Shown one piece after another: positions 27,247 to 36,901 of a stretch of 64,000 nucleotides of DNA; within the stretch, counting starts at the first letter, position 1, and every line of letters starts with the position of its first letter. Made by a program: the position numbers and the translations under genes. The notes beneath the pieces were generated by a model. The model ran no database searches. It was given only the letters and a program-made list of their open reading frames with translations, and was not told the origin of the DNA. Origin of the DNA: Planctomycetota bacterium (GTDB lineage: Bacteria; Planctomycetota; SZUA-567; H5-PLA8); assembly GCA_038227875.1 (NCBI GenBank), contig JBBRPR010000009.1:128001-192000 (forward strand). Direction: 5' to 3'.

Positions 27247-30012
27247 ATGCCACCGCCCACAGATCCGCCCGACGACAGCACCTATCAGACCAACGAATTA
27301 CGCGACAATCACGGCGGCCGAATCGAAAATCTGCTCATCGAAGATGAGCTGAAAGAAAGCTACCTGACGTACGCGATGTCGGTGATCGTCTCGCGCGCGC
27401 TGCCCGATGCCCGCGACGGACTGAAGCCCTCGCAGCGCCGCGTGCTGATGGCGATGAACGACTTGAATCTGGGGCCGCGGTCCAAGCACAGAAAGTGCGC
27501 CAAGATCTGCGGCGACACCAGCGGTAATTACCATCCGCACGGTGAATCGGTGATCTACCCGACGCTCACGCGCATGGCCCAGTACTGGAACACGCGCTAC
27601 ACGCTCGTCGACGGACAGGGCAACTTCGGTTCGGTCAATCCCGATCCGCCGGCCGCGATGCGATACACCGAAGCGCGCATGACCGGTCCCACCGTCGACA
27701 TGTTCGACGATCTGGAACGCGACACCGTAGACCTCGTCCCCAATTACGACGAAACACGCACCGAACCGACCGTGCTGCCGGGCCGCTTTCCCAATCTGCT
27801 CGTCAACGGCGCGCAGGGCATCGCCGTCGGCATGGCCACGCAGATTCCGCCGCACAACCTGCGGGAAATCTGCGATGCGCTCGTTCACCTGATCGAAAAT
27901 CCCGACTGCTCCGTCTACGACCTGATGCAGCACGTCAAAGGTCCGGACTTTCCGACCGGCGGCATGATCTGCGGCCGCGAAGGCATCGACCAGGCCTTCC
28001 AGACCGGCCGCGGGCATTTGACGCTGCGCGCCAAGGTCGAATTCGAAATGGAAAAGGACCGCGAGAAAATCGTCGTCCTCGAAATTCCCTACCAGGTCGG
28101 CTTGACCCGCCTGTGCGAAAAGATCGTCGAAGCGGTGAAGGCCGACCGCATCAAGGGCATCAGCGACGTCCGCGATGAAAGCAGCAAGGAAGGCCTGCGC
28201 GTTGTCGTTGAACTCAAGCGCGGCGAAAACCGCGACGTGGTTTTGAATCAGCTCTACAAGTACACGCCGCTGGAAACGACCTTCGCGGTCAACACGCTGG
28301 CGCTCGTTCGTGGCCGGCCGCGCGTGCTGAACCTCAAGCAGATGCTCGAGCAGTACCGCGAACACCGCAAGGAAGTGATTACGCGGCGCACGCGCTTTTT
28401 GCTCGCGCAGGCCGAAGAACACGCCCACATACTCGAAGGCAAGATCATCGCCGTCGATCACATCGACGAAGTGATCAAGATCATCCGCGCCGCGAAGGAC
28501 GCTGAAGTCGCGCGCGACAACTTGATCGCGCGCTTTGAGCTCACGCCGCGGCAGGCGAAGGCGATTCTGGACATGTCGCTGCGCGCGCTGACGGGCTTGG
28601 AACGCGACAAGCTGAAAACCGAGTACGCGGAAGTGCAGGACCGCATCCGCGACTACCAGTCGATTCTCTCCGACGTCAACCGCGTGCTCGATATCATCAA
28701 AGAAGACCTCTTTGAGATGAAGGAGAAGTACGGCGACGACCGTCGCACGATCCTGGTCGGCGCGGCGGGCGATATTTCCGCGATGGACTTGGTCGCCGAC
28801 GAAGTGATGGCCGTGACCATCTCCCATAAGGGATACGTCAAGCGCGAACCGCTGGCCAGCTACCGCCTGCAATCGCGCGGCGGCAAGGGGATCATCGGCG
28901 CCCGCAGCAAGGACGACGAGGATTTCCCCGAGAACATCTTCATCGCGAGCACGCACGATTACCTGTTGTTCTTCACGAACGACGGGCGCGTGTACTGGCA
29001 GAAAGTGTATGACCTCCCGCAGCTCGGCCGCATGGCGCAGGGGCGCGCGATCGTCAATCTGCTCGAACTAAAAGGTGAGCAGAAAGTGGTCTCGATCGTG
29101 CCGGTCAAGAATTTCGAAGAGGACGCGTCGATCTTCCTCGTCAGCCGCCAGGGCTACATGAAGAAGTGCCGCCTGAGCGAATACAAGAACCCGCGCCGCG
29201 ACGGCATCGCCACGATGGGCTTGGAAGAAGGCGATCACATCATGGCCGCGCGATTCGTGCGCCGCAATCAGGAAGTGGTGCTCTGCACGCGCATGGGCAT
29301 GGCGGTGCGCATCGATGAAACGGTTGTGCGCGACATGGGCCGCACGGCCCGCGGCGTCAACGGTCCGCACCTGCAGGAAAACGACAGCATTGTCAGCGTC
29401 GTCGTCGGCCAGCCTGGCGACTACCTGCTGACGGTCTGCGAAAAGGGCGTGGGCAAGCGCAGCCAGATCGACGAATACCGCAAGACCGGCACGCAGCGCG
29501 CCAAGGGCGTGATCAATGTGAAGATCACCGAGAAGAACGGACCCGTCGTTGCCGTGATCGCCGTGAAGGAAGGCGACGAGCTGATGCTGATGGCCGAAAA
29601 GGGAAAAGTCATCCGCTCGAAGATCGACGACGTCCGCGAAACCGGCCGCAGCGCCATCGGCGTGTACCTGATGGATCTGGAAGACGATGACAAGGTCGTC
29701 AGCGTCGCCAAGATCGCCGCCGAAGACGCCGAAGCCGCTCACGAACAAGCCGCCGCGCGCAAGGCCGAAGAAGCCGACCAGAAGGAACGCGACGGCACGA
29801 CGATCAAGAAAAAGGATAGCTCCGCTGACGCCGAAGCAACTACTCCTGCGGACGAAGCTCCGAAAGTGGAAGGCACTCCCGATCAGGTGAATGATCTGGT
29901 CGACCGCGCCGACGCGGACGCCGAGGCCAAAGAGCAGGAAAAGAAGGCCGCGGAAGAGAAGCAGAAGGAAGAAGAGTCCGGCGAGAAGGAAGAAGGTAGC
30001 GAAGAGAAGTAA
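27247..30012 (+). CDS. gyrA: DNA gyrase subunit A
   Basis: [17 protein letters not shown], catalytic AAMRYTE, GyrA-box QSRGGKG, beta-pinwheel repeats, acidic tail. Confidence 0.96.
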   Translation: MPPPTDPPDDSTYQTNELRDNHGGRIENLLIEDELKESYLTYAMSVIVSRALPDARDGLKPSQRRVLMAMNDLNLGPRSKHRKCAKICGDTSGNYHPHGESVIYPTLTRMAQYWNTRYTLVDGQGNFGSVNPDPPAAMRYTEARMTGPTVDMFDDLERDTVDLVPNYDETRTEPTVLPGRFPNLLVNGAQGIAVGMATQIPPHNLREICDALVHLIENPDCSVYDLMQHVKGPDFPTGGMICGREGIDQAFQTGRGHLTLRAKVEFEMEKDREKIVVLEIPYQVGLTRLCEKIVEAVKADRIKGISDVRDESSKEGLRVVVELKRGENRDVVLNQLYKYTPLETTFAVNTLALVRGRPRVLNLKQMLEQYREHRKEVITRRTRFLLAQAEEHAHILEGKIIAVDHIDEVIKIIRAAKDAEVARDNLIARFELTPRQAKAILDMSLRALTGLERDKLKTEYAEVQDRIRDYQSILSDVNRVLDIIKEDLFEMKEKYGDDRRTILVGAAGDISAMDLVADEVMAVTISHKGYVKREPLASYRLQSRGGKGIIGARSKDDEDFPENIFIASTHDYLLFFTNDGRVYWQKVYDLPQLGRMAQGRAIVNLLELKGEQKVVSIVPVKNFEEDASIFLVSRQGYMKKCRLSEYKNPRRDGIATMGLEEGDHIMAARFVRRNQEVVLCTRMGMAVRIDETVVRDMGRTARGVNGPHLQENDSIVSVVVGQPGDYLLTVCEKGVGKRSQIDEYRKTGTQRAKGVINVKITEKNGPVVAVIAVKEGDELMLMAEKGKVIRSKIDDVRETGRSAIGVYLMDLEDDDKVVSVAKIAAEDAEAAHEQAAARKAEEADQKERDGTTIKKKDSSADAEATTPADEAPKVEGTPDQVNDLVDRADADAEAKEQEKKAAEEKQKEEESGEKEEGSEEK

Positions 30013-30154
30013 GTCGCAAATTCGCGAGTCAGAGCCGAGGGTGGCCCGGTGCAGCCAATTGTTTTTCACCGGACTGCCAGGCGGTACGTGACTATTTGAA
30101 TTGCAATGCCAGATGAAATATCTCAGAGACGTCTAGTCGCGCTTCTTCCGCCTG

Positions 30155-30871
30155 GACCCCAAAGGGGTCCGTTTTCACTAGCGAAGGGCGGCGCAGGATC
30201 GGCGCGAATGCGCCGGTCCTGCGCCGCCCTGGAAAAAAGTACGCCACAATTTTATTGTCCTGAAGGGACAATTTAGGAGGCGCGCCAATGCCGCAATCTC
30301 TCACCAAAATCCTTATTCATATTGTATTCAGTACGAAAGACCGGATTCCGATGATCGACAAGGCTATCGAAACTCAGTTGCATGCGTACATGGCGGCAAT
30401 TTTTCGCGACCTTGATTCACCCATACTGATAATCGGTGGCCGTCCCGATCATGTTCACGTTCTCGCGTCGATGTGTCGAACGCGTGCATTGTCCGACGTC
30501 ATCAAGAAGGTCAAAGGCGAATCGTCAAAGTGGATCAAGACCAAGGGCGATCCGTATCGTCGATTTTTCTGGCAAGCTGGATTTGGCGCATTTTCAGTCA
30601 GCGAATCGCTGGTTGAAAAGGTTGAAAAATATATCCGCGAGCAAGACATCCATCACGACGGTGCCTCATTCAAGAGTGAAATGCGCGGCCTATTTCGCAA
30701 ACACGGAATAGCCTACGATGAGCGATACGTTTGGGATTGAAACCCGTTTATTAAACTGTCCCTTTAGGACAACAGACGGTCGCGGGCCCTTTTACCAGGG
30801 CGGCGCCGAATTGACGCATTCGCGTCAACTCGGCTTGCCCTTCGCTGTTGAAAACGGACCCCGTTGGGGTC
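30155..30871 (+). mobile_element. REP-associated Y1 transposase locus flanked by ~120-bp imperfect inverted repeats
   Basis: Left arm 30155-30274 and right arm 30753-30871 are reverse complements, each with three hairpins, and bracket tnpA; no tnpB. Confidence 0.8.
30288..30740 (+). CDS. tnpA: IS200/IS605-family (Y1 HUH, RAYT-like) transposase
   Basis: HIVFSTK, HUH motif DHVHVL, KGESSKW, WQAGFGAFSVS, catalytic Tyr in KYIREQ; SD AGGAGG. Confidence 0.9.
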   Translation: MPQSLTKILIHIVFSTKDRIPMIDKAIETQLHAYMAAIFRDLDSPILIIGGRPDHVHVLASMCRTRALSDVIKKVKGESSKWIKTKGDPYRRFFWQAGFGAFSVSESLVEKVEKYIREQDIHHDGASFKSEMRGLFRKHGIAYDERYVWD

Positions 30872-31083
30872 GGAGCGTCGTTCAGCGCCGTACAGTTAGT
30901 GCGGCTATCCTTTGGATGCCACTGTTCATATACTGCCCCACAAAACCTCACTTGTTTTCATTCAAACAATTAAATATCCCACCTTAATAGATGCGATAGG
31001 CTGAACGCTTACTGACCCGCGCACTTTTTTAAAAACAGTCTGTCTCAAAAGCCCTCCGCCGGGATTTAGGCATTGGGTGCAAA

Positions 31084-32809
31084 ATGGTGACGATGACAGC
31101 GACAACTCCATACAACTCCACAGTGAAAGCGCTGGCGCAACTGGCGCGCACACGCGATCCGGATGCCTGGGGCTACCTGCTGCAGCAGCACGGTTTTTCG
31201 ATGCTGCAGGTGGCCGGCCGCATTACCGGAGACGTGGCGCTGGCGGAAGATGTCTGCCAGGAAACGCTGCTGCAGTTGCGCGATTTCGCGGGCAAGTTTA
31301 AGCCGCGGGAGAGCGATCCGGAGGGTTCGGCGCGCGCGTGGATTCTGCACGTGACTTGCAACACCGCGCTGAAACTCAAGCGCAGTCGGCAGCGCGCGCA
31401 ACATCACCACAGCGAGGCCGCGCAGATGCAGACCGATCCGGCAGCACAGCAACAGCAGAACGCCGCCCGCGAGAAACTTGCAGCCGCTGTCCGCGCCGAA
31501 CTTCAGCAGCTTCCCGAAGCCTTCCAGCAGCCGCTCGCCTTGCGTTATTACGGCGGCCTGGATGTCCGTGACGTCGCCGGTCAACTGCGGCTCTCGGAAG
31601 AGGCCGCGCGCAAACGCATCAGCCGCGGACTTGAGCAGCTCCGCAAGCGCCTGGCGCTGCTGGGGCTCACGCTGGCCGAGGCCGAACTCGTGGCCCTCTG
31701 TTCGGCGGAAATCGCAGAAGCCGCCGGAACCGCCGGACACCTGTCGCTGTCATCGCATCATCTTGCCCAGTGGAAGGGCTTACTCACAAGCCCGCAACAC
31801 GCGGCGCTCAACGCGCTGGCGTCAACTGGAGGCATGACTGTCATGGCCAAATGTGCAATCGGGATCACCGCGCTGGTACTCGCCGGCGTAGTGGGAATTC
31901 AGGCTCGAAAAACGTGGACCAGCGAAACACCGGCGGCGCCCGCTGCGATCCAGACTCAGATCATCGCCGATGCTGCGCCGCAAGTGACGACGACGTTGAC
32001 GGTCAAAGGCGATGAGAAGAAATATCCGTTCGTAATTCCGATAGAACTCGGCGACCGGTCGTTCCTGCCCGGTGACAACATCGTCATCCACGAAATCCGC
32101 GGCACGCAGGCCGACTATGGAAAGGGCGGAGAATTTCAGGTCTGCGGGATGTACACACTGGCGTCGGCGGAGCGAGCCGGGCTCAATCTGCCGTACATTG
32201 GCGGTTATAGCTCCATCTCGATCACCAAAGGCTCGGCGCCATTCTTCTTGACCTTTGCTCATGACGGATCCGTCTTTCCACGTTTGGAAATTGTTGGTGA
32301 AAAACTCAGCTCAGCGCTCGGCGGCCAGTTTTTCGGCAAGGGGTTGTCGGCGTTCAAAACCGAACGCCTTACGGAAAAAATTCCATTCGCCATCGGGAAT
32401 TCAAAATTTCAAGCCGGCGATTCCATCGTGATCACGTCAGTGGAATCCGACCGTAAGGATTTTGAAATCGGCGGCACCTATCGTGTCTCCGGCACCTACA
32501 CGCTGGCGTCGCGCGCGGACGGCGGAGTGGTCATCTTCGGCACCACCCAAACGATTCAACCCGACGCGACATGGGGGCATCGACTATATCCAGCACGCTA
32601 CCAAAGGAGCCGGCACCTTCGCGCTCACGTTCAAGCTCATCGGAGCCTGCTGGCCGCACGTCAGCTTCTATCCGAGTGGCGGCGGGAATTCCTTTGGCGG
32701 CATCTATTTTGGAAGTGGAGAGTTCCTGAAGAAAGCGTCCGACGACGACCTCTCGCCCCAAACCCCGCAGACGCCGCAAACGCCTCCGAATAAGCAGGAT
32801 GACTTTTAA
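31084..32809 (+). CDS. ECF sigma factor with TM and two repeated extracytoplasmic domains; apparent +1 frameshift near the 3' end
   Basis: sigma2 LAEDVCQETLL..AWIL, sigma4 LPE...PLALRYY.GL...VAGQL; TM; the uncorrected ORF ends at 32793 in non-protein-like sequence, while removing one G at 32573-32577 restores the second repeat domain ending at 32809. Confidence 0.8.
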
Positions 32810-32820
32810 AATACGTCATG

Positions 32821-32851
32821 AAAAAAACGCGCCGCAATTTGCGGCGCGTTT
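32821..32851. terminator. Terminator hairpin between convergent genes (U tract on minus strand)
   Basis: A7-CGCGCCGCAA-T-TTGCGGCGCG-TTT. Confidence 0.8.
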
Positions 32852-32856
32852 CCTAC

Positions 32857-32901
32857 TCGACATTCGACATTCGACATTCGACATTCGCCATTCGAAATTC
32901 G
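32857..32901. repeat. Heptamer tandem repeat (TCGACAT)n
   Basis: Four perfect and two degenerate units immediately after the ABC-F stop codon. Confidence 0.85.
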
Positions 32902-32903
32902 CA

Positions 32904-34721
32904 CTACTTCTGCTTCTGCTCCAACTCTTCCCACCGCGTGTAGAGCGTCTCGATCCGAGTTTGCGCTTCAGCCAGGGCAGTGCAGACGTCCTGCAGGCGT
33001 TTGGTGTCGGCGGCCACGGCGGGGTCTTCGAGTTCCTTCTGGCGCGCGGCGACGGCGGACTCCGCGTCCTGGATCGCGGCTTCCATTTCGTCGAGTTCCT
33101 TCTGTTCCTTGTACGACAGTTTCTTCGACGGCTTGGGCGGAATGGGTTCCCGCTTGACGGATGACTTGGGCCGGTCGACGGTGCGGGCTTCGGCGCGCGT
33201 TTCTTCGCGCGCGTTCTCCCACTGCGTGTAATCGGTGTACTGATTCACGCCGCCCTTACCGTCGAATCCGAGAATGTCCGACGACAAACGGCGCAGCATG
33301 TACCGGTCGTGCGTCACCAGCACCACGGCGCCGGGGAAATCGGCGAGGCTGTCTTCGAGTACTTCAAGCGACGGAATGTCCAGATCGTTGGTGGGCTCGT
33401 CGAGCAGCAGCAGATCAGCCGGGCGAAGCATCAAGCGCGCAATTAGGATGCGCGCCTGTTCGCCGCCGGAGAGACTCTTGACCGGCATGTCGAGCTGTTC
33501 GATGCAGAACAAAAAGCGCTTGGCCCACGCGGTCACGTGCGTCGCCTGCTCGCGGAACCAGACGGTGTCGCCGGTCGGCGCGAGCGCTTTGCGCAAAGTC
33601 ACTTCCTTGTCGAGCTGCTCGCGATTCTGATCGAACCAGACCACGCGCAACTTGTCCGCGCGTTCGACTGTGCCGCTGTCCGGCTCGAGATCGCCGGCGA
33701 GCAGCCGCAGGAAAGTCGTCTTGCCCGTGCCGTTGCGGCCCAGCAGTCCCAGCTTCATGCCGGGTGACAGGACGATGTCGAGATTTTCGATCAGCGTGCG
33801 TTCGCCCAGGCTTTTGTTGACGCCTTTCATCACCACGAGCTTATTGGCCTGGCGGTCAGTCGAGGTGAAATCGATCTTCACCGTTCCGCCCTGCGAATTG
33901 CGGAACTTCGTCGCCGCCAGTTCGCCGATCAGGCGTCCCGCCTCTTCGATGCGAGCGCGAGACTTGGTCGTGCGCGCGGGAGGTCCGCGCCGCAGCCACT
34001 CGACTTCGCGGCGCACTTTGCTTTCCAGCGCGCGCTGCGCGGTCAGCTGGCCGCTGAGGAATTCGTCGCGCTTGATCAGGAAGTCGCTGTACTTGCCGAC
34101 GCTGGTGTAAAAACCTTCGGGATACGCGCGGTTCAATTCAAAGACGCGGTTAGCGGTGTTCTCCAGGAAGTAGCGGTCGTGGCTCACCAATAGCGTCGCG
34201 AACGGCGCGTTGGAAAGAAACTTTTCCAGCCAGAGAATGCCTTCGAGATCAAGATGATTGGTCGGCTCGTCCATCAGGAGCAGATCGGGATTGCGCACGA
34301 GTTCGCGGGCGATCGCGACGCGTTTGCGCCAGCCGCCGGAGAGCGTCGAGATCGGCGCGTCGCGCCAGTCCTCAGCAAAACTGATGCGGCCAAAAATCGC
34401 GTTGATGCGGTTGGACTGCTCGCGCTCGTCGAGATGTTCCTCGGCCACGGCAGCAATCAGGATGCTTTCGGGCGTGTCGTCGGGATTGAACGTGTCGGTC
34501 TGCGGCACGTAACCCATGCGCAGTCCTCGACGGAGACTTAAAATACCGCTGTCGGATTCTTCGAGGCCGGCCAGGATTTTCAGCAGCGTCGATTTGCCCG
34601 ACCCGTTGGGGCCGACAATGCCGAGCCGCTCGCCGTCGTTCATGCCGAACGTCAGGTTTTCAAACAGGAGCCGTGTGCCGAACGTTTTCCCGATGGATTG
34701 ACAACTGAACAGGACTGCCAT
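32904..34721 (-). CDS. uup: ABC-F family ATPase, Uup-like
   Basis: Two NBDs (GPNGSGKS/LSGG/DEPTNHLD; GRNGTGKT/LSGGE/DEPTNDLD), linker WLRRGPPARTTKS, C-terminal KLSYKEQKEL...LYTRWEELE; no TMs. Confidence 0.88.
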   Translation of the reverse strand: MAVLFSCQSIGKTFGTRLLFENLTFGMNDGERLGIVGPNGSGKSTLLKILAGLEESDSGILSLRRGLRMGYVPQTDTFNPDDTPESILIAAVAEEHLDEREQSNRINAIFGRISFAEDWRDAPISTLSGGWRKRVAIARELVRNPDLLLMDEPTNHLDLEGILWLEKFLSNAPFATLLVSHDRYFLENTANRVFELNRAYPEGFYTSVGKYSDFLIKRDEFLSGQLTAQRALESKVRREVEWLRRGPPARTTKSRARIEEAGRLIGELAATKFRNSQGGTVKIDFTSTDRQANKLVVMKGVNKSLGERTLIENLDIVLSPGMKLGLLGRNGTGKTTFLRLLAGDLEPDSGTVERADKLRVVWFDQNREQLDKEVTLRKALAPTGDTVWFREQATHVTAWAKRFLFCIEQLDMPVKSLSGGEQARILIARLMLRPADLLLLDEPTNDLDIPSLEVLEDSLADFPGAVVLVTHDRYMLRRLSSDILGFDGKGGVNQYTDYTQWENAREETRAEARTVDRPKSSVKREPIPPKPSKKLSYKEQKELDEMEAAIQDAESAVAARQKELEDPAVAADTKRLQDVCTALAEAQTRIETLYTRWEELEQKQK

Positions 34722-34797
34722 TGCTGCAAATTTCCAAAACGTGCCGAGTCTGACTTCACAGCACATCTTATAGCGGCACAGGCACGCGTTTACACTC

Positions 34798-35103
34798 TCA
34801 GATGTTGCGGTACACAATCGCGACGCGGGCCACGAAAGAGCAGGCGCAGAGGCTGGTGCAACGCGCATGGTTGTAGGTCACCGATTTTCGGTCGCGCAGC
34901 ATCGATTCCACTACGGATTCCAACTGCAATTTCGCTTCGCGGCAACCGCCGCAGGTCAGGCGTGTCGGGGCCAGCAGGAGCGCATCGTTGTAGTGGCTGT
35001 GAAATTGAATCGTGTTGGTTGGCCACGATTTAACCGTGACGTGAATCGTGTCGATGTCGGGATCCAGTTGAAATACATTGCCTACATTTACGGATCGAAT
35101 CAT
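34798..35103 (-). CDS. Small Cys-rich hypothetical protein (101 aa)
   Basis: ATG 35103 after SD GGAGG (MIRSVNVGNVF...); CGGC and CTSLCAC; fills an otherwise unexplained gap. Confidence 0.55.
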   Translation of the reverse strand: MIRSVNVGNVFQLDPDIDTIHVTVKSWPTNTIQFHSHYNDALLLAPTRLTCGGCREAKLQLESVVESMLRDRKSVTYNHARCTSLCACSFVARVAIVYRNI

Positions 35104-35394
35104 GCGTCGTCCTCCGCAGTAATCAGTGTCATTAAGTATTCCCGGGAGAGCGAATGTGACGCCAAACAGCCCGTCGAAAATCACCACTCTTCCAAAGATT
35201 TCGTGAAACGCATGCTGTAGAGGCTTTCTGTTGTGTCGGCAATGAGACGTTGAAATAGCACGTTTCCGGGCGCGAAAATTCATAAAGAGTATGTGATGAT
35301 TATTGGGCGGTCTGGTGTCTTTCGAACCTTGTGAAAGCACGCGATCTGATACATCATCGCCTGTGTACCATCTTTTGCCACGGGGACTGTCTCG

Positions 35395-36150
35395 ATGAAT
35401 CTGGTGGAACTCGGCGGCCGCATCAAGCAGTTGCGCGAACGCCGCGCGCTCAAGCAATTGGATATCGCCAACGCGCTGCAGATCAGCGCGCAGGCCGTCT
35501 CCAAATGGGAACGCGGTGAAAATGCGCCGGATATAGCGGTGCTGCTGGAATTGTCGCTGCTGCTGGGCGTCACCACCGACACACTGCTGGGTCGCGCCGA
35601 AAAATCCAACGACACGTTTGAAGCCACCGTCTTCTGCACCGGCATCAATCACTTCGCCGATCGCAGCACGCAGATGCCGCCGCGCGACGTGGCGCTCTGG
35701 GCCAACGGCATTTTCCATCTCGTCACTGAGTCGGTCGTGCGCCACGACGGCGTGCCGGTGAAGTACGTCGGCGATGGCTTTCTCGGGTTCTTCTCCGGTC
35801 CGAACCACGCCCGCCGCGCCCTCGACGCGGCGCTTGATGCCAAGAACCATGTCCACAGTCCCGACCTGGTGATCATGCTCAACAGCGGCGACATTTATCT
35901 CGGTTCGATCGGCCATTCCGAATACGCGCGGCCGGACATCATCGGCGACACGGTCAACACGTCGTTTCTGGTGATGTCCTGGGTCGCCAAGCATCTGCCC
36001 GAACGCGTCGGCCTGACGGAGTCGGTGGTGAGCCGGCTGGGCGAAACGGAAGCGTGGACCGACCCGACCCGCGTGCGCGTCCCTATTCTCAATAAGTATG
36101 TAAAAGTGTATACTCCCAAACGTCTATCTGTTCGGGGCGCCAAAAAGTAG
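35395..36150 (+). CDS. XRE-family HTH regulator fused to a degenerate class III nucleotidyl cyclase domain
   Basis: IKQLR...LKQ..IA..L.IS.QAVSKWERG...PD (HTH_3); VKYVGDG and IIGDTVN cyclase motifs. Confidence 0.88.
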   Translation: MNLVELGGRIKQLRERRALKQLDIANALQISAQAVSKWERGENAPDIAVLLELSLLLGVTTDTLLGRAEKSNDTFEATVFCTGINHFADRSTQMPPRDVALWANGIFHLVTESVVRHDGVPVKYVGDGFLGFFSGPNHARRALDAALDAKNHVHSPDLVIMLNSGDIYLGSIGHSEYARPDIIGDTVNTSFLVMSWVAKHLPERVGLTESVVSRLGETEAWTDPTRVRVPILNKYVKVYTPKRLSVRGAKK

Positions 36151-36190
36151 GCAGCAGGCGGCCTCCGCGCTGCTCTAAGGTTCCAGACAC

Positions 36191-36820
36191 ATGGCAGGTC
36201 GCCGCACGGACTCTACCGATTTGGAACCGCGACCCGGGCCGGTCCCCACGGCCCCTGTGGCGGCTCCGCCAACCGGCGTGCGCGAACACGCCGCCGCGGA
36301 CGGCCGTTGCATCGCGGCGGTGCTCGGCGGTAATCGCGAGAAATTCGGCGAGCTGATCGAACGCTATCAGCACTTGGTTGTCACGGTTGTGCGCGGCTAC
36401 GTTCAAGACGCCCATGCCGCCGAGGATGTCGCGCAGGATATTTTTGTCAGCGCGTTTACGTCGCTCCACCAGCTTCGCGAACCCACGAATTTTCTGCCGT
36501 GGCTGCTCCAGATCGCCCGGCACCGCGCCGCGTTGACGGGCAAGCGCCGCGACGAAGCTCCCGTCCGCCCCGCCTCGGAACAGCTGGACGTGGCCGCCCC
36601 GGAACCCGAACTCGAAGCCGGCCTACGCCTGCAAACGGTCTTCGCCGCGGTGGAACAGCTGCCCGAACCGTACCGCGAGACCGTGCTGCTAAAGTACCAG
36701 CAGAACTTGAGTTGCAAAGAAATCGCGGAGCGTGACGGCGTTGCCGTGGGCACCATCACCAGCCGTCTCACCCGTGCACTGTTGATTTTGCGCGGCGCGC
36801 TCGGGAGTGATTCAGAGTAG
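36191..36820 (+). CDS. ECF sigma-70 factor
   Basis: FGELIERYQ, AEDVAQDIF, F.PWLLQIA, LPEPYRETVLLKY..LSCKEIA....GTITSRL.RA. Confidence 0.9.
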   Translation: MAGRRTDSTDLEPRPGPVPTAPVAAPPTGVREHAAADGRCIAAVLGGNREKFGELIERYQHLVVTVVRGYVQDAHAAEDVAQDIFVSAFTSLHQLREPTNFLPWLLQIARHRAALTGKRRDEAPVRPASEQLDVAAPEPELEAGLRLQTVFAAVEQLPEPYRETVLLKYQQNLSCKEIAERDGVAVGTITSRLTRALLILRGALGSDSE

Positions 36821-36901
36821 TTGGGAGAATTTAGGACGAATCGTAATTTCGTGCAGCAAAGCACTTTCTTGAGCCTCTTGGAATGCTGAGGGACAGGTGC
36901 G

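Noticed and set aside
30741..31083. TnpB/IscB or omegaRNA downstream of tnpA
   Set aside because: No RuvC or zinc-finger ORF; the structured sequence is explained by the right inverted-repeat arm.
35104..35994. Upstream part of the 398-aa minus-strand ORF 34798-35994
   Set aside because: Antisense to the XRE-cyclase gene; only the last 101 codons have an SD-led start.
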